From the NCBI RefSeq assembly GCF_004010195.1, contig NC_057719.1, positions 21,040,979-21,104,978 of the forward strand: a stretch of DNA of 64,000 nt, read 5' to 3'. Under the pieces are notes generated by a model. The model had not been told where the DNA came from, searched no databases, and saw nothing but the letters and a program-made list of their open reading frames with translations. Each line of letters begins with the position of its first letter. Position 1 is the stretch's first letter. Made by a program: the position numbers and the translations under genes. This stretch comes from Chiloscyllium plagiosum (lineage: Eukaryota). Below are positions 11,064-22,988 of this stretch, in pieces.

Positions 11064-11692
11064 TGTGGATGTAGGTTTGCTCACTGAGCTGGAAGGTTTC
11101 TTTTCAGACATCTTGTCATCATACGATGTAACATCACCAATGAGCCTCTGGATAAAGCACTGGTGGTATGTCCCCCTTCTATTTATGCATTTAAGTTTCC
11201 TTGTGTTGGTGATGTCATTTCCTATCATGATGTCATTTTCTGTGGTGGTGTCTTTTTCTCAAGGGATAGTAAATGGGATCCAAATTAATGTGTTTGTTGA
11301 TAGAGTTCTGGTTGGAATGCCATGCTTCTAGGAATTCTTGTGCATGTCTCTGTTTGGCTTGTCCAAGGATGGATGTGTCCCAGTCAAAGTGGTGTCCTTC
11401 CTCATCTATATGTAAAGATACTAGTGAGAGTGGGTCATGTCTTTTTGTGGTTAGTTGATGTTCATGTATCCTGATGGCTAGCTTTCTGCCCGGTTTGTCC
11501 AATATAGTATTTGTTACAGTTCTTTCACGGTATTTTGTAAACGACATTAGTTTTGCTTGTTGTCTGTACAGGGTCTCTCAAGTTCATTAGCTGCTGTTTT
11601 AGTGCGATGGTGGGTTTATGGGCTATGATGATGCCAAGAGATCTGAGTAGTCTGGCAGTCATTTCCGAGTTGTCTTTGATATAGGGGAGAGT
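11064..11692 (-). mobile_element. PLE family D (Poseidon-like) 3' fragment, GIY-YIG + pLTR
   Basis: GRKLAIRIHEHQL..HFDWD..EFLEAWHS; inverted homolog of 11868-12383. Confidence 0.85.
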
Positions 11693-11867
11693 TTGGGTTT
11701 GGGTTTAGTTTGCAGCGAAATCAGCAGACAATGCTCATCGGGTACTTGTCCTTTTTGGATACACTGTATAAGTGATTTTCCTCTGCTCCTCGTAGTTCCT
11801 CTGCTGCATTGTGTGGTGGCTCATTGAAATAATATTGTAATGCAGTTTCAATTGTGCATGTTGGGAT

Positions 11868-12383
11868 GACAGCAACCAACCCCAACAAGCAGATAAAACA
11901 TGTCCAGAAACCCTAGCCACTCTCCCCTGCGTCAAGGACATCTCGGAAATGACTACTAGAGTAGTCAGACCTCTTGGCATCATGGTAGCCCAAAAACCCA
12001 CCAACACTCTAAAACAGCAGCTAAGGAACTTGAAAGACCCTATACAGACAACAAGCAGAACTAATGTAATTTACAAAATACCTTGCAAGAACTGTAACAA
12101 ACACTCCATTAGACAATCAGGCAGAAAACTAGCCACCAGGATGCATGAACATCAGCTAGCCACAAAACGACATGACCCATTCTCACGAGTATCCTTACAT
12201 ACAGATGAAGAAGGACACCAACTTGACTGGGACAACACATCCATCCTAGGACAAGCCAAACAGAGACATGCACAATAATTCCTAGAAGCATGGCATTCCA
12301 ACCAGAACTCTATCAACAAACACATTGCCACATCCCATTTACCACCCCCTGAGAAAAAGCACAGGAAATTATATCACTACAGA
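11868..12383 (+). mobile_element. PLE family D fragment, GIY-YIG
   Basis: NVIYKIPCKNCNKHSIRQSGRKLATRMHEH (degenerate GIY-YIG). Confidence 0.85.
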
Positions 12384-14243
12384 AAATAGACAATAGACAA
12401 TAGACAATAGGTGCAGGAGTAGGCCATTCTGCCCTTCGAGCCTGCACCACCATTCAATATGATCATGGCTGATCATCCTTAATCAGTATCCTGTTCCTGC
12501 CTTATCTCCATAACCCTTGATTCCACTATCCTTGAGAGCTCTATCCAACTCTTTCTTAAATGAATCCAGAGACTGGGCCTCCACTGACCTCTGGGGCACA
12601 GCATTCCACACAGCCACCACTCTCTGGGTGAAGACATTTCTCCTCATCTCTGTCCTAAATGGTCTACCTCATATTTTTAAGCTGTGTCCTCTAATTCGGC
12701 ACTCACCCTTCAGCGGAAACATGTTTCCTGCCTCCAGAGTGTCCAATCCTTTAATAATCTTATGTGTCTCAATCAGATCCCCTCTCAGTCTTCGAAACTC
12801 AAGGGTATACAAGCCCAGTCGCTCCAGTCTTTCAGCGTAAGGTAGTCCCTGCCATTCCAGGAATTGACCTCGTGAACCTACACTGCGCTCCCTCAGTAGC
12901 CAGAATGTCTTTCCTCAAATTTGGAGACCAGAACTGCACACAGTACTCCAGGTGTGGTCTCACTAGGACCCTGTACAGCTGCCGAAGAAGCTCTTTGCTT
13001 CTATACTCAATTCCTCTTGTTATGAAGGCCAGCATGCTATTAGCCTTCTTCACTATCTGATGTACCTGCATGCTTACCTTCATTGACTAGTGTACAAGAA
13101 CACCCAGATCTCTTTGTACTGCCCTTTTACCTAACTTGATTCCATTTAGGTAGTAATCTGCCTTCCTGTTCTTGCCACCAAAGTGGATAACTATACAATT
13201 ATCCACATTAAACTGTATCTGCCATGCATCTGACCACTCACCTAACCTGTCCAAGTCACCCTGTAATCTCCTAACATCCTCCTCACATTTCATCCTGCCA
13301 CCTAGCTTAGTATCATCAGCAAATTTGCTCATGTTATTACTAATACCATCTTCTATATCATTANNNNNNNNNNNNNNNNNNNNNNNNNNNNNNNNNNNNN
13401 NNNNNNNNNNNNNNNNNNNNNNNNNNNNNNNNNNNNNNNNNNNNNNNNNNNNNNNNNNNNNNNNNNNNNNNNNNNNNNNNNNNNNNNNNNNNNNNNNNNN
13501 NNNNNNNNNNNNNNNNNNNNNNNNNNNNNNNNNNNNNNNNNNNNNNNNNNNNNNNNNNNNNNNNNNNNNNNNNNNNNNNNNNNNNNNNNNNNNNNNNNNN
13601 NNNNNNNNNNNNNNNNNNNNNNNNNNNNNNNNNNNNNNNNNNNNNNNNNNNNNNNNNNNNNNNNNNNNNNNNNNNNNNNNNNNNNNNNNNNNNNNNNNNN
13701 NNNNNNNNNNNNNNNNNNNNNNNNNNNNNNNNNNNNNNNNNNNNNNNNNNNNNNNNNNNNNNNNNNNNNNNNNNNNNNNNNNNNNNNNNNNNNNNNNNNN
13801 NNNNNNNNNNNNNNNNNNNNNNNNNNNNNNNNNNNNNNNNNNNNNNNNNNNNNNNNNNNNNNNNNNNNNNNNNNNNNNNNNNNNNNNNNNNNNNNNNNNN
13901 NNNNNNNNNNNNNNNNNNNNNNNNNNNNNNNNNNNNNNNNNNNNNNNNNNNNNNNNNNNNNNNNNNNNNNNNNNNNNNNNNNNNNNNNNNNNNNNNNNNN
14001 NNNNNNNNNNNNNNNNNNNNNNNNNNNNNNNNNNNNNNNNNNNNNNNNNNNAAAGCTTTTACTATCCTCCTTTATATTTTTGGCCAGTTTACCTTCGTAC
14101 CTCATTTTTTCTCTGCGTATTTCCTTCTTAGTAATCCTCTGTTGTTCTTTAAAAGCTTCCCAGTCCTCCATTTTCCCACTCATCTTTGCTATGTTATACT
14201 TTTGCTCTTTTAACTTTATATGTTTCTTCACTTCCCTCGTCAC
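12384..14243 (-). mobile_element. Young 5'-truncated CR1 (ORF2 RT), (ctattgt)n tail; spans a gap
   Basis: FADDTKLGG, LVRPHLEYCVQFWSP; atagacaatagacaatagac tail; closely similar to 20540-22344. Confidence 0.92.
13364..14051. other. Assembly gap (others: 19460-20025, 21809-22073, 32649-32977, 48963-49212, 51862-52644)
   Basis: Runs of N, all within or between young repeats. Confidence 0.99.
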
Positions 14244-14257
14244 CACAGGAATGAAAT

Positions 14258-14348
14258 CATTTCTTATGAAGGGCTTATGCCCAAAACATTGATTCTCCTG
14301 CTCCTCGGTTGCTGCCTGACCTGCTGTGCTTTTCCAGCACCACACTCT
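14258..14348 (+). mobile_element. PLE family A pLTR fragment, decayed hammerhead, no tail
   Basis: ttatgaagggcttatgcccaaaacattgattctcctgctcctcgg. Confidence 0.75.
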
Positions 14349-14469
14349 AATTTGTTCAATTAGTCCTGACTAATATGATCTTTCGAGAGCTTATGGCATA
14401 GAAATTTTAAGCCTAAAAGTTTAACATACTCGTCAGTTTTTAACTCAGAATTCCTTGAAAGCATGTTGC

Positions 14470-15290
14470 TTTTCATTCATGTGATGTGGGCATCTTTGGA
14501 TAGGTCAGCCCATTGCATTGCCCGTCTTAATTTCTCTTGAGAAGCTGGAGATGAGCTTCATATTGAAGGAACGGTGACATAGTTCCACATTCATGATGGT
14601 GAGTGGCTTGGCTGGGAACATGCAGTGGTGCTGTTCCCATATCTGCAAACCTGTCCTTCTAGATGGAAGATGTGACAAGTTTGGTGGACGCTGTTGAAGG
14701 ATTTTTGGTGAGTTGATGTAGCACAACTTGTAGATGCTACACACAGCTGCCACTATGTGTCAGCTATCGAGGAAGTGAATTTTGACAGTGTGGACACAAC
14801 ACCAATCAAGCAGATGGCTTTGTTCTTGGTAATGGTGAGCTTCTTGAGTGATTTTGGAGCACCCATCCAGGAGAGTGGAGAGTATTTCACCGGGTACCTA
14901 CCTTGTACCTTGTAAATTGTAGTTAGTCATTGAGGAGACAGGTGATGAATTAAGCACTGCAGAATTCCTAACCCCAGATCAATGCTTGTAGATCTTGAAT
15001 TTCTATGGCTTGTTTAGTTCAGTTTCTGGTCAATGGTAACCCCATGCAGGTTGTTGACAATGGGAGGTTTGGCAATGATGATATAATTTAGTGTTAACTG
15101 AGTATTGTTATATTCTAATTTGTTTAAGAGGGTCATTGCCTGGCACTTGCGGAATTTCCAACTTATCAGCTAAAACCTAAATGGTTTCCAGGACTTGCTG
15201 CACACGGACAAAGATTGATTCAGTATCTGAGGGTGATGAAAATAGTACTTAACATTGCATTATGTGAACATTTGTGAATATATCCACTTC
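14470..15290 (-). mobile_element. Old LINE 3' portion whose tail is shared with the SINE at 9878
   Basis: ttcattcatgtgatgtgggcatc..gcccgtcttaatt is the reverse complement of the tail at 10106-10170; plus-strand copies at 15540-15955 and 23886-24005. Confidence 0.55.
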
Positions 15291-16599
15291 TGTCAATATT
15301 ATTGAGGGTGGATGTTGAATGAGAATTCTGCTCTGGTTTTACTCTGCATAGTCCAGGCAGCTGAAACCAATAGCTTCAACCAGTCAAGATCAACCAATAT
15401 AGCTTTGGCATTAACCTGTCAAATAAACAGCCTGGCTACTAGAGAAGCCCAGTGTTTAGGTGTTCTGTCTTATGGACCTTACCTCTGGAAACTCCAAAAC
15501 ATCTCTCTAAACGCACAAGTTGAAATGTAATGGAAAACTCTCTTTTTTGTCAGATGGTATGGCTGCATCTACATCCAAGGGCCTTACATCACCCAGAACA
15601 AAACCGTTTTCTTGCTCAACAGTTCATTCACCAAATTAAACTTGCAAATCTTCTATTGCTGGAACACACTGGGTGAACAATAGTAAATTGTTCATGCTTT
15701 TGCAATAGCCCTATCCAAACATGTGGCTTTCATCTAGAATGGCTATGGCAGCAAACACATGGGAAGATCTTCACACTGACTAAGAAGCATAGATTGATCC
15801 CTTCATCATCGCTAGACAGTACTGCTGAAATGCCATAACCACCTGGACTGCAACAGTATAAGAAGCACTCTTCAACATTTTTAATATACAATTAAGAATG
15901 TGCAAACTTTGGCCTTGCTTGTGACACCATATCCCAAGAAGTCATTCAAGAAAATAGAAATTAAACCTACTTGGTCAAAATGGCTCTACTCCAAACCTAT
16001 TTTTAATTCTTCCTTTGAAGATTCCTGTGATCCACAATAAATTCCTAATTCAATATTTGTGTTCCCATTCCATCTGTTTCCATTCGCTTTGTATCTCGGT
16101 CTTGCATTCATCATATCATTAATCATAAACCTTTTGATGTGGATGATACAAAAGATTAAACTGTAGGTCAACATTCTTAAGAAGAAGAATCTTCTCACTA
16201 CTTTATCAGGTCAAGCCAGGTTGCAACTGCAAGCTTGTTATGGTCTTTATCCTCTTTCATGTTATTACTCATTAACTTGTAAATTATCATCTGAAAATGA
16301 AAATATTTTAAATACATTTATCAAATAAGTAAATTAATTTAACAACAAACCTAAATATTTGACATAGATCTTATCCAAACACATTGAGGAAAATAGATGA
16401 TTGAAGCATTAGTTATTCTTGGCCCAGGAATGAAACACAATTTGTAATTTAAGTATATCATCAATTCTAAACAAGCAATATAAATTTTAATGCAAAACTG
16501 GTGCAAAAGAATTTTATTGCCATTTAATGGGTTGGGTTTAACTGACTGCCTCCAAACCTTCTTAACTTTGGCCACGGGGGGTAGGGGAGGAATCAAAGG

Positions 16600-17290
16600 G
16601 TTCAACAGTAGTACTGTTGGCCCTTGCGCAAGATTGGGCGATATGTTGCAAATAACGATCTGATCTGGATACCCATTGTACAGGAAGATAGCTCTGATGT
16701 GCTTTATCTTCTGCATCAGGCTTGCATCATGAACAAATGTCAAGAGCATCATTTACCAGATGTCTGATTAAACCAATCTTATATAGCGCGGAATTATACA
16801 AATCCTAATGTTTGTGATCTACCTCAAATTATAAAGGAAAGTCAAAAATACATTTCTCAAAAAACTGAATTGTATCACACTGATACTATACATAGGCTGC
16901 ATAAATGGTATGTTCCACTAACAGGATGTTGTGGGATGTTTGAAGAATACATTCTTTCTGCCACACAGTTGAGCAGAATTGTCTATGAATTTCAGTGCTA
17001 CTGTGATGCCTGATGCAGAGGTTGGGTTTCCCAATGATAAGCTGACTGAAACAAACAACCAGTTCCTTTAGTTGTTTATACCAGATGGATTATAGATGGT
17101 ACTTAACGATCTCATGCTTACAAAGCCCAAAATACCTATCATTAGATCCGATACCACAATGATGCTGCACTTTGCAGCATCATTGTGTATCTACTCAATC
17201 CTGAGTAGATACACAAATAACCAATTTAATAACCAAGCTCAAAACATGGCTGTTTGTACCTCATAGAGATGCCATTTACTACATATACAA
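16600..17290. mobile_element. Very old PLE remnants in opposite orientations
   Basis: Minus strand IFLYNGYPDQIV (PLE RT thumb NGYP); plus strand VYEFQCYCDA at 16981 (GIY-YIG-like). Confidence 0.45.
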
Positions 17291-17315
17291 TGGTCACTCA
17301 TTGTAAATAAAAGAA

Positions 17316-17636
17316 GGGGCGGCACGGTGGCACAGTGGCACAGTGGTTAGCACTGCTGCCTCACAGCGCCTGAGACCCGGGTTCAATTCCCGCCTCAGGC
17401 GACTGACTGTGTGGAGTTTGCACGTTCTCCCTGTGTCTGCGTGGGTTTCCTCCGGGTGCTCCGGTTTCCTCCCACAGTCCAAAAGATGTGCAGGGTCAGG
17501 TGAATTGGCCATGCTAAATTGCCCGTGGTGTTAGGTGGGGGGTAAATGTAGGGGTATGGGTGGGTTTCGCTTCGGCGGGTCGGTGTGGACTTGTTGGGCC
17601 GAAGGGCCTGTTTCCATATTGTAATGTAATCTAATC
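17316..17636 (+). mobile_element. Full-length HE1-type V-SINE
   Basis: A box tggcacagtgg (locally duplicated), B box ggttcaattcc, V-domain, CR1-like 3' end ttgggccgaagggcctgtttcc and taatc tail. Confidence 0.93.
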
Positions 17637-18899
17637 AAAAAAAAAGTATGTTCAAGCTTTTCCAACAATTCATATACAGGGACTAATTCAGTGCAAATAA
17701 AATAAAAATGTTCAAGACTTTCCCTTTTTTGCAATGATCTAGGAGTGTTGGGAAGCCTCATTACTTTCTCCATGGAAGTGTCTCAGCCAATCAACTCGCC
17801 ACGAGTGCAAGATGCTTCAGCAACACATTGCTGTGCGCTCAGCAATGTCTTTATTTTACTGGCGAGGAGGGGAGTTACTTCAGCTATTGACCATATGCTC
17901 AGCGTTATGAGGCTTGAATATAGAGCTCGCTTCAGTATTGAATTCCAAAATTGATTGCTGGCATCCAGACCAATGTTTCATGCAGGCTCATAGTACATAT
18001 TACCCAAATATTCTGATCGACACTTTCTGTGCTCTTGCTAATGCCCAAAGGAGGACTCATCACGGCCTCTATCAGAAAGGCATGTGCATAGCATACTTTG
18101 CCATCTCAATAAATGAACAGCACATTACTATCAAAGAAAATCAGATAATACATAACTAAATTTTGCAGCAAAGGTCTGAAACAGCATTCTCTAGGCATTT
18201 GCAAAACGGGTTGATTATTTGAATGTGCAAATCAAGGTAAATGGGTATGATTTGATTGAAATTATAGAGCTGTTGCTACAGGTTGACCAAGACTTGGAAC
18301 TGAAAATCTAAGGAAATTCAGCATCCAGGAAGACAGGCAAAATAGTGAAGAATGTTGAGTAGCACTCATAATAAGAAATTAGATCAGTATGAGAGGCACC
18401 GGGATCAAAGGTTCAAAACGTAGAATTGGTTTGGGTAGCAGAAGTAAACTTGAGATAAGTTGCTAGTAGGCCACGAAAATATGGTGATGATATCTAGCAT
18501 TATATAAATCAAGAAAATAGAGGTGCATGTACTGTGGGTAAAATAGAAAGAATGTGTGACTTCGATATCCATGTAGACTGGGGAGACCAAATCAGCACAA
18601 ATGCTGTTGAGTGTGAAATCCTGGACTGTATATGACATGGAGTTTTGGAGAAGCATGTTGAGAAACCAACATAGGGGATTGGGCTATATTGGATTTAATG
18701 TTGTGTCATAAGAAAGGGCTAATCAATTAACTTATGGAAAGAATACTTTGGGATCCTCTAACCTAAATTAAGAGTCCACGGACTTGCCACGAAAAGAGGG
18801 TCGAAGGAAGTTTGGATTGAAGAGTGAGGCTTCAGCTCAGGAATCTTTGACAAGGAGGTTGAGTGAAGTGATTACGCCACAGTTGAAGAGGGTGAAGAC

Positions 18900-19459
18900 A
18901 TGACTGCCCAGCTGGTTCAGTGCGCTACGTGCTTGATGTGGGAGGTCAACGACTCTGGTGTGTCTGGCTCGTATATGTGTGGAAAGTGTGTGCACATTCA
19001 GCTATTGACCGAGCATATTGCAGCACTGATGAAAGAACTCGAGGACCTTAGGCTCATTCGAGAGAACGAGATCTTTCTGGACAAGACCTTCAGCAAGGTC
19101 ATTACACCAATCATGCCAGAAGAGAGCAGAAGAGTGCAGATGATGAGGAAGGCAGAGAGGAGGCAGGTGCAAGAGACCCCGGGAGAAGTACCTGTCAGGA
19201 ACAAGTTGAAGCTTTTGGAAACAGTAGAGACTGATGACACTGCCAGTTCACAAGGCGGACAGGTCTGTCAATCAAAAGTAGGCGCAGAGGCAGAGCAGAA
19301 GAGTCGGACATCACACAGAGCCGTGGTAATAGGGGACTCCATCGTAAGAGGAACTGACCGCGGTTTTTGTGGCAGCAGACGGGATTTAAGGATGGTGTGT
19401 TGCCTTCCTGGTGCCAGGGTGAAAGACATCGCGGACAGAGTGCAGGAAATCCTCAAGGA
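18900..19459 (+). CDS. CR1 ORF1 (zinc finger/coiled coil + start of SGNH esterase), open until the gap
   Basis: CATC..MCGKC, coil, VVIGDSIVRG..CCLPGARV. Confidence 0.8.
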
Positions 19460-20025
19460 NNNNNNNNNNNNNNNNNNNNNNNNNNNNNNNNNNNNNNNNN
19501 NNNNNNNNNNNNNNNNNNNNNNNNNNNNNNNNNNNNNNNNNNNNNNNNNNNNNNNNNNNNNNNNNNNNNNNNNNNNNNNNNNNNNNNNNNNNNNNNNNNN
19601 NNNNNNNNNNNNNNNNNNNNNNNNNNNNNNNNNNNNNNNNNNNNNNNNNNNNNNNNNNNNNNNNNNNNNNNNNNNNNNNNNNNNNNNNNNNNNNNNNNNN
19701 NNNNNNNNNNNNNNNNNNNNNNNNNNNNNNNNNNNNNNNNNNNNNNNNNNNNNNNNNNNNNNNNNNNNNNNNNNNNNNNNNNNNNNNNNNNNNNNNNNNN
19801 NNNNNNNNNNNNNNNNNNNNNNNNNNNNNNNNNNNNNNNNNNNNNNNNNNNNNNNNNNNNNNNNNNNNNNNNNNNNNNNNNNNNNNNNNNNNNNNNNNNN
19901 NNNNNNNNNNNNNNNNNNNNNNNNNNNNNNNNNNNNNNNNNNNNNNNNNNNNNNNNNNNNNNNNNNNNNNNNNNNNNNNNNNNNNNNNNNNNNNNNNNNN
20001 NNNNNNNNNNNNNNNNNNNNNNNNN

Positions 20026-22247
20026 AATCAGGAGCTGAAATTGGTCTGTCGCAAAGATGTCACTACAGTTGTTATGTGGGATTTTAACATGCAGGCAGAC
20101 TGAGAGAATCAGGATGGTACTGGGTCACAAGAAAGAGACTTTGTGGAGTGCCTCAGGGATGGATTCTTTGAGCAGCTGGTGCTGGAGCCGACCAGGTAGA
20201 AGGCAATTCTGGATCTGGTATTGTGTAATGAACCAAAATTGATCAGAGACCTCGAAGTGAAGGAGCCATTAGGAAGTAGTGACCATAATACATTAAGCTT
20301 CAATCTGCAATTTGAGAGGGAGAGGGTACAGTCGGAAGTGACAGTACTTCTGTTGAATAAAGGGAACTATGGAGCTATGAGGGAGGAGCTGGCCAAAGTT
20401 CAATGGTGCAATACCTTAGCAGGGATGACCGTGGAGGAACAATGGCGGATATTTCTGTGTATAATGCAGAAGTTGCAGGATCAGTTCATTCCTGAAAGGA
20501 AGAAAGATCAAAGGAGGAGGCATGAACGGCTGTGGCTGACGACGGAAGTTAAGAAACATATAAAGTTAAAAGAGCAAAAGTATAACATAGCAAAGATAAG
20601 TGGGAAAACTGAGGACTGGGAGGCTTTTAAAAAGCAACAGAGGATTACTAAGAAGGAAATACGCAGAGGAAAAATGAGGTACGAAGGTAAACTGGCCAAT
20701 AATATAAAGGAGGATAGTAAGACCTTTTTTAGGGATGTGCAAGGCAAAAAAATGGTTAGGACTAAAATTGGGCCCTTGAAGACAGAAACAGGGGAATATA
20801 TTACGGGGAACAAAGAAATGGCAGAAGAATTAAATGGGTACTTCAGATTTATGTTCACTGGGGAAGACACAAGCAATCTCCCTGAGGTAACAGTGGCTGA
20901 AGGACCTAAACGTAAGGGAATTTATATTTGCCAGGATTTGGTGTTGGAGAGACTGTTAGGTCTGAAGGTTGATAAGTCTCTGGGGCCTGATGGTCTGCAT
21001 CCCAGGGTACTGAAGGAGGTGGCTCGGGAAATCGTGGATGCGTTGGTGATTATTTTCCAGAGTTCCATAGATTCGGGGTCGGTTCCTGAGGATTTGAGGG
21101 TGGCTAATGTTATACCACTTTGTAAGAAAGGTGGGAGAGAGAAAGCAGGAAATTATAGACCAGTTAGTTTGACCTCAGTGGTGGGAAAGATGCTGGAGTC
21201 TATTATAAAGGATGAAATTATGGCACCGCTGAATAGTAGCAACAGGATAGGTCAGAGTCAGCGTGGATTTATGAAGGGGAAATCATGCTTGACTAACCTT
21301 CTGGAATTTTTTGAGGATGTAACTCTGAAGATGGACGAGGGAGATCCAGTAGATGTAGTATACCTGGACTTTCAGAAACCTTTTGATAAAGTCCCACACA
21401 GGAGGTTAGTGAGTAAAATTAGGGCAAAGTACTAGATTGGATTGAAAATTGGTTGGCTAATAGGAAACAAAGAGTAGTGATAAACGGCTCCATTTCGGAA
21501 TGGCAGGCAGTGACCAGTGGGGTACCGCAGGGATCCGTGCTGGGACCACAGCTTTTTACAAAATATGTTGATGATATAGAAGATGGTATCGGCAATAACA
21601 TTAGCATATTTGCTGATAATACAAATCTGGGTGGCAGGGTGAAATGTGAGGAGGATGTTAGGAGATTACAGGGTGACCAGGACAAGTTAGGTGAGTGGGC
21701 AGTTGCATGGCAGATGCAGTATAATGAGGATAAATGTATGGTTATCCACTTTGGTGGCAAGAACAGGAAGGCAGATTACTACCTCAATGGAATCAATTTA
21801 GGTAAAGGNNNNNNNNNNNNNNNNNNNNNNNNNNNNNNNNNNNNNNNNNNNNNNNNNNNNNNNNNNNNNNNNNNNNNNNNNNNNNNNNNNNNNNNNNNNN
21901 NNNNNNNNNNNNNNNNNNNNNNNNNNNNNNNNNNNNNNNNNNNNNNNNNNNNNNNNNNNNNNNNNNNNNNNNNNNNNNNNNNNNNNNNNNNNNNNNNNNN
22001 NNNNNNNNNNNNNNNNNNNNNNNNNNNNNNNNNNNNNNNNNNNNNNNNNNNNNNNNNNNNNNNNNNNNNNNNNAGAAACTTCTTCATCCAGAGAGTGGTG
22101 GCTGTGTGGAATGCTCTGTCCCAGAGGGCAGTGGAGGCCCAGCCTCTGGATTGGGCCTCTCTGGATTCATTTAAGAAAGAGTTGGATAGAGCTCTCAAGG
22201 ATAGTGGAATCAAGGGTTATGGAGATAAGGCAGGAACAGGATACTGA
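20026..22247 (+). pseudogene. CR1 ORF2 (APE endonuclease end + reverse transcriptase), disrupted
   Basis: [45 protein letters not shown]; stops near 20100/20197 and a deletion/frameshift at ~21430. Confidence 0.9.
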
Positions 22248-22344
22248 TTAGGAATGATCAGCCATGATCATGTTGAATGGCAGTGCAGGCTCGAAGGGCT
22301 GAATGGCCTACTCCTGCACCTATTGTCTATTGTCTATTGTCTAT

Positions 22345-22988
22345 AAATAGATAAGATAGGGCAGAAGGCATTGGGTATGCTTTCCTTTATTGTTCAGAGT
22401 ATTGAGTACAGGAGTTCGGAGGTCATGTTGTGGCTGTACAGGACATTGGTTAGGCCACTTTTGGAATATTGTGTGCAATTCTGGTCTCCTTCCTATTGGA
22501 AGAATGTTGTGTAACTTGAAAGGGTTCAGAAAGTTTTACAGGGGTATTATCACAGTTGGATCATTTGAACAATAGGGAGGGTTTGAATAGGCTGGGGCTG
22601 TTTGCCCTGGAGCATCAGAGGCTGAGGGATGACCTTATAGAAGTTTATAAAACCATGAGGGGCAGGATGGGATGAATAGACAAGGTATTTTGCCAGAACT
22701 AGAGGGCACAGGTTTAAGGTGAGAGCGGAAAGATATAAAAGAGACCTAAGGTGCAACTTTTTCATGCAGACCTGGCACTTGTATGGAACGAGATGCCAGA
22801 GGAAGTGGTGGAGGCTGGTACAATTGCAGCATTTAAAAGACATCTGGATGGGTATATGAATAGGAAAGGTTTGGAGAGAAATGGGCCGGGTGCTGCCAGG
22901 TGGGACTAGATTGAGTTGGGATATCTAGTCGACATGGACGGGTTAGACCAAAGGGTCGATTTCCATGCTGTACATCTCTATGACTCTA
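22345..22988 (+). mobile_element. CR1 3' fragment (second subfamily)
   Basis: LVRPLLEYCVQFWSP region and 3'UTR ending catctctatgactcta; same subfamily as 33546-34050 and 50953-51861. Confidence 0.85.

Larger units (their letters stand above)
18760..22344 (+). mobile_element. Near-full-length young CR1 LINE (two gaps)
   Basis: ORF1 plus ORF2 plus 3'UTR ending (ctattgt)n; 5' boundary approximate. Confidence 0.92.

Noticed and set aside
13172..14345. Long ORFs (also 18900-20087, 32354-33199, 48539-49521, 51300-52712)
   Set aside because: Their length is inflated by N runs; they are repeat fragments spanning assembly gaps
17316..17395. tRNA gene
   Set aside because: The A/B boxes belong to the tRNA-derived SINE head; no complete cloverleaf, and it continues into the V-domain
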